Source: Podarcis cretensis (Eukaryota). From it: DNA of 64,000 nt. Shown piece after piece: positions 60,826 to 64,000 of the stretch; within the stretch, counting starts at the first letter, position 1, and the number at the start of each line of letters is the position of its first letter. Location: contig OX638161.1 in the NCBI GenBank assembly GCA_951804945.1, positions 39,742,001 through 39,806,000 on the forward strand, in the 5' to 3' direction. The notes under the pieces were generated by a model. That model was not told the DNA's origin, made no database searches, and was given only the letters and a program-made list of their open reading frames with translations. Made by a program: the position numbers and the translations under genes.

Positions 60826-61139
60826 CTACCATGCATTGTCCACACTGATTAACAGCAGTTATGCAAGGTTTCACATGGGACATTCATCCCTGCATGAGGA
60901 CTGAAATGGGACCTTCTGCATGCAAATTACCACTGAGCTACTATAGCCCTTCCCTTCTTACGCCCTGTCCCACCAAGATACCTTAAGATGAACTGAGAGT
61001 GCACTCATAACACAATCCATGGAACTGCACTGCCTTCGAGACTCACCTGACAAAGCATGTTTGTGTGTTTTAAAAAGCAACATAAATAGAAGCTGTGAGG
61101 GGGTTGGAGTGGAGACACAATAAAGCAAGCAAAGGAGTA

Positions 61140-61378
61140 CAGTGGTACCTTGGTTCCCAAACGGCTTAATTGCCAAACAAATCGGCTCCAGAACGCCGCA
61201 AGCCCGGAAGTGTTCCGGTTTGCAAACGTTTTTCAGAAGCTGAACGTCCAACGCAGCTTCCTCTTGAGTGCAGGAAGCTCCTACAGCCAATCAGAAGCTG
61301 CACCTTAGTTTTTGAATGGTTTCCTCAGTCAAAACAGACTCCCAGAATGGATTAAGTTTGAGAACCAAGGTACCACTG
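61140..61378. mobile_element. Tc1/mariner (Tigger-like) MITE
   Basis: TIRs CAGTGGTACCTTGGTT / AACCAAGGTACCACTG, with TA on the left. Confidence 0.82.
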
Positions 61379-61704
61379 TCTAAATTTTACTTAACAGTGT
61401 TTAGAAATTTTCTTAATTGCTTTATATGCAAAAGAAACACAAAGTGATATACAAAATAGATCAGTACAAAAGTATATATTAATAACAAAATGAAAACATG
61501 TAAAAATTACATTATACGATTTAAAAATCAACACTGACTGGGCAGTGATTTTTTTTTTTTTTATGAGGCTTTTTCACTGTCAGCCATTCTAAGTTGTCAG
61601 GATAAATTGTGCTGTAAATTTAATTTAATTAAAATATGAATAGATTAGAACAGAACTTTCCCCCTGTTTTAAACACATTTGCATTGTTCTGGCATACATT
61701 GATT

Positions 61705-61945
61705 GATTGTATTTATATTCCACCTTTTTCTCCAAGGAGCTCAAGGTGGAGACCCAGGATTGATGTTTCTGGCAGTAGCCATGCAATCTGTTCTCCCTTC
61801 CACCTTAATCAATCCCCACAACAACCTTGCTAGGTAGACTGGGCTGAGAGGCAGTGACTGGCCTAAGGGCAGCTTCATGGCTGAATGAGGATTTGAACCC
61901 TGGTCTCCCAGGTCCTAGTTGCTGACACTAACCACACTGGCTCTC
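61705..61945 (-). mobile_element. tRNA-derived MIR/Squam3-like SINE
   Basis: Antisense head (ACCACACTGGCTCTC), B-box-like GGATTTGAACCC, core ACAACAACCTTG..GGCTGAGAG. Confidence 0.55.
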
Positions 61946-62359
61946 CATTTGAGAACCTTATTAGTAAAGTGAAAATTATGTATAAATGGATGCTGACTGG
62001 GAAAGCCTGACCCTTATTGCAATAATTTCCTTCTCCCATATTCACCTAGCTAAGGTGAATTAACTTAATTTCCCTGCCCCACTATGACAGGCAGAAATTG
62101 CCTCACAGAATTATAATGGCATAAGGAGCCTCACCTGTGGAGTTTCTGTCAGCGTAGGGGGTGACAAATTACGGCTCTTTCCACTGTTGAAGCCTCATAA
62201 ATCTGTGAGTGATGCAGAAACACTGCAATTACTTACCATTTGAGTTTTTCAAGAAAAGACTAAAATATGGGATCCCCTCAGCCCCCCTCCTTCCTCACCT
62301 CATCACTGATGGATTCCTGTTCTTACTTTTTCCCTCACAATAAATAATGGTGCTTCTCT

Positions 62360-63380
62360 GACCACGCGAACGATAAACCTGTTTTGGTTTTGTTTTAGTT
62401 TATGCATTTCAAAACGAAAATTTGGCGCCTCCCTGAGTGTCAAAAATGACCTTTAATCTTCTTTGCCCACATCAAATATGGCGGCTCCATTGGATGGTGC
62501 GGGGAAGTTGCCGTAGTAACAACAAAGACATGTCCCTTCGTTCAGCTCTTCGCTTACTGCCCGGCGCAAACATGGCGGCCTCGCAGCACTTCCCTTTGCC
62601 AGTAAGAAAGATGGGTGCTTTCCATCGTTTTCGCGCTCCCCCTCCCTTCTAACCAATAATAATAAAAAACCTGTTTCCTACACTAAAAATACCAAGAGTC
62701 TTGCTAGTATGGCCCTGAGATTTTGCAGAACGGTGCTGTGAATATCAGAACATATCACACCTTTGAGCCGGCTGCCCACACAAAAAATGTCGCTTCACCG
62801 AGCCTCCAGTCCCTCATTGCGTGCCCACAGTAAAGATGGCGAAGATGCGACCGTTGTTACTCCTCCCTCCTTGCCCACAGAAAAGATGGGGGCGGAGTGG
62901 GGGGTGGGGTGTCCTGTGAACTTCCATAGGGGTTGGATTTGAGGGTGGAGAGGACAGGCTATCGCAAGAGGTCAACACCCCACCACCAGCCTGGCTGCTT
63001 GCTGCTATGGGAGGTTGGGGGCGGGGGAGAGGCTCTGTCCCCTTCCTCCGAAGAAGTGGCCCCCCACCCCCCCGTAAAATGTCGGCACCTATAAGAAGTT
63101 GTGAGTACCGGGGAGGTGGGTGGGGAGCAGACGGGGGGGGGGGAGGGATTCCCCTTAGACTTTGAGGTGGTGGTGGTGGGGAAACACAGGGGAGAAACAG
63201 ACCCACCCTTCACCCACCCCGTGATTGACACCTTGGTACTGGCCGCCTCTGTGCCTGAGCCAACTGGGTCATGCAGGTGGGATAAAGAGGCCAAGAAGGA
63301 GAGACGGGGGGGGGGGGCGCCTGGGTTCTTTAGGGAGGGGGCAGACAGAGTTAGGGTGGGGGGTCATTGCTGGGAAATGC
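62360..63380. promoter_or_regulatory. GC-rich promoter-like island with clustered YY1, RFX X-box and E2F motifs (gene not identified)
   Basis: AAATATGGCGGC (62474-62485), AAACATGGCGGC (62568-62579), AAAGATGGCG (62832-62841), X-box GTTGCCGTAGTAAC (62507-62520) and TTTGGCGC (about 62421-62428). No coding exon seen in the window. Confidence 0.55.
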
Positions 63381-64000
63381 TGGAAGCCAGAACTCATGGG
63401 TTCTGTACGGGTGCCTATTCAAGATCACTTAAGGCAGGTTAGTTCTCCGTAACACCTTATTTCAAGTACAAATCCCCAAAGGGATCAGCTTTTTTATTGT
63501 TCATTAAACTATGTAAAGAAGAGCATTGTAACATCATATCCGGATCCAAATTCTTTACATTTCTGTCAGCTACTGGAATGTTATGTGCCTGAGCTCGGGA
63601 GGGAGGGGGGATGATTAAATCTCATAAACTGAACCCAACTAGAGAACAAGTCAATAATATAAAATTGCCAGTGATTTTAAATTAAAAGGAAGGATTTAAT
63701 TAAATTATAATTAAGTAGGATTCCGTAACCTGATACATCAGTAGGAAGTTATGAACATTAGGAAGCAGGATGAGCTATATAGAACGTTGCGATAAAGTAC
63801 AGTAATAGTAATAAGTAGAATGGGGGCTTGTTTTAAGATATGAACGAGCATTAGTGTTGATTGCAGTACATATTGAAAAGATAAAGGTGGATGTTTAGTA
63901 TAGACTTTTTCATGTACAACGGTGTATTATTAGTGTGATACATGGCTGTCATGGTTTATGTTCTTCTACCTATCAAGTGTCTTTTATATGGATTATGTAT

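Noticed and set aside
63450-64000. AT-rich sequence resembling a decayed L1/Tx1 3' end (likewise about 37400-38200)
   Set aside because: Too degraded to support a family call or boundaries by eye.
1-64000. CRISPR arrays, operons or prokaryotic defence islands
   Set aside because: The window is intron-containing vertebrate DNA and shows no regularly spaced repeat-spacer array.

Overview
Eukaryotic (vertebrate) genomic DNA. The repeats (Sauria SINEs, BovB/RTE, CR1, Penelope-like fragments, hAT and Tc1/mariner MITEs) point to a squamate, most likely a lacertid lizard. Three protein-coding genes are supported. (1) ZNF865 on the minus strand: one coding exon 8016-10958, 980 aa, 20 C2H2 fingers, non-coding first exon in a CpG island near 17.4 kb. 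(2) ZNF524 on the minus strand: 24284-25408, 4 C2H2 fingers, first exon near 28.1 kb. (3) A divergent sacsin (SACS) paralogue on the plus strand: 7 coding exons from 39446 to 58210, about 4,234 aa, with three Hsp90-like GHKL sacsin repeats, a J domain with intact HPD and a C-terminal HEPN domain, but no N-terminal UBL domain. The strongest lead is that this paralogue sits in the ZNF524/ZNF865 block rather than at the canonical SACS locus, and its promoter carries a triple-repeat ISRE (TTTCGGTTTCCATTTC, 35722-35737). This suggests an interferon-inducible GHKL-ATPase/J/HEPN effector. Its HEPN also has an R-x6-H spacing, and intron 1 holds a near-perfect 157-bp inverted duplication. A fourth promoter-like GC-rich island with clustered YY1, RFX and E2F motifs lies at about 62.4-63.4 kb. 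Gene identities and human comparisons come from recalled sequence knowledge, not from searches run here.
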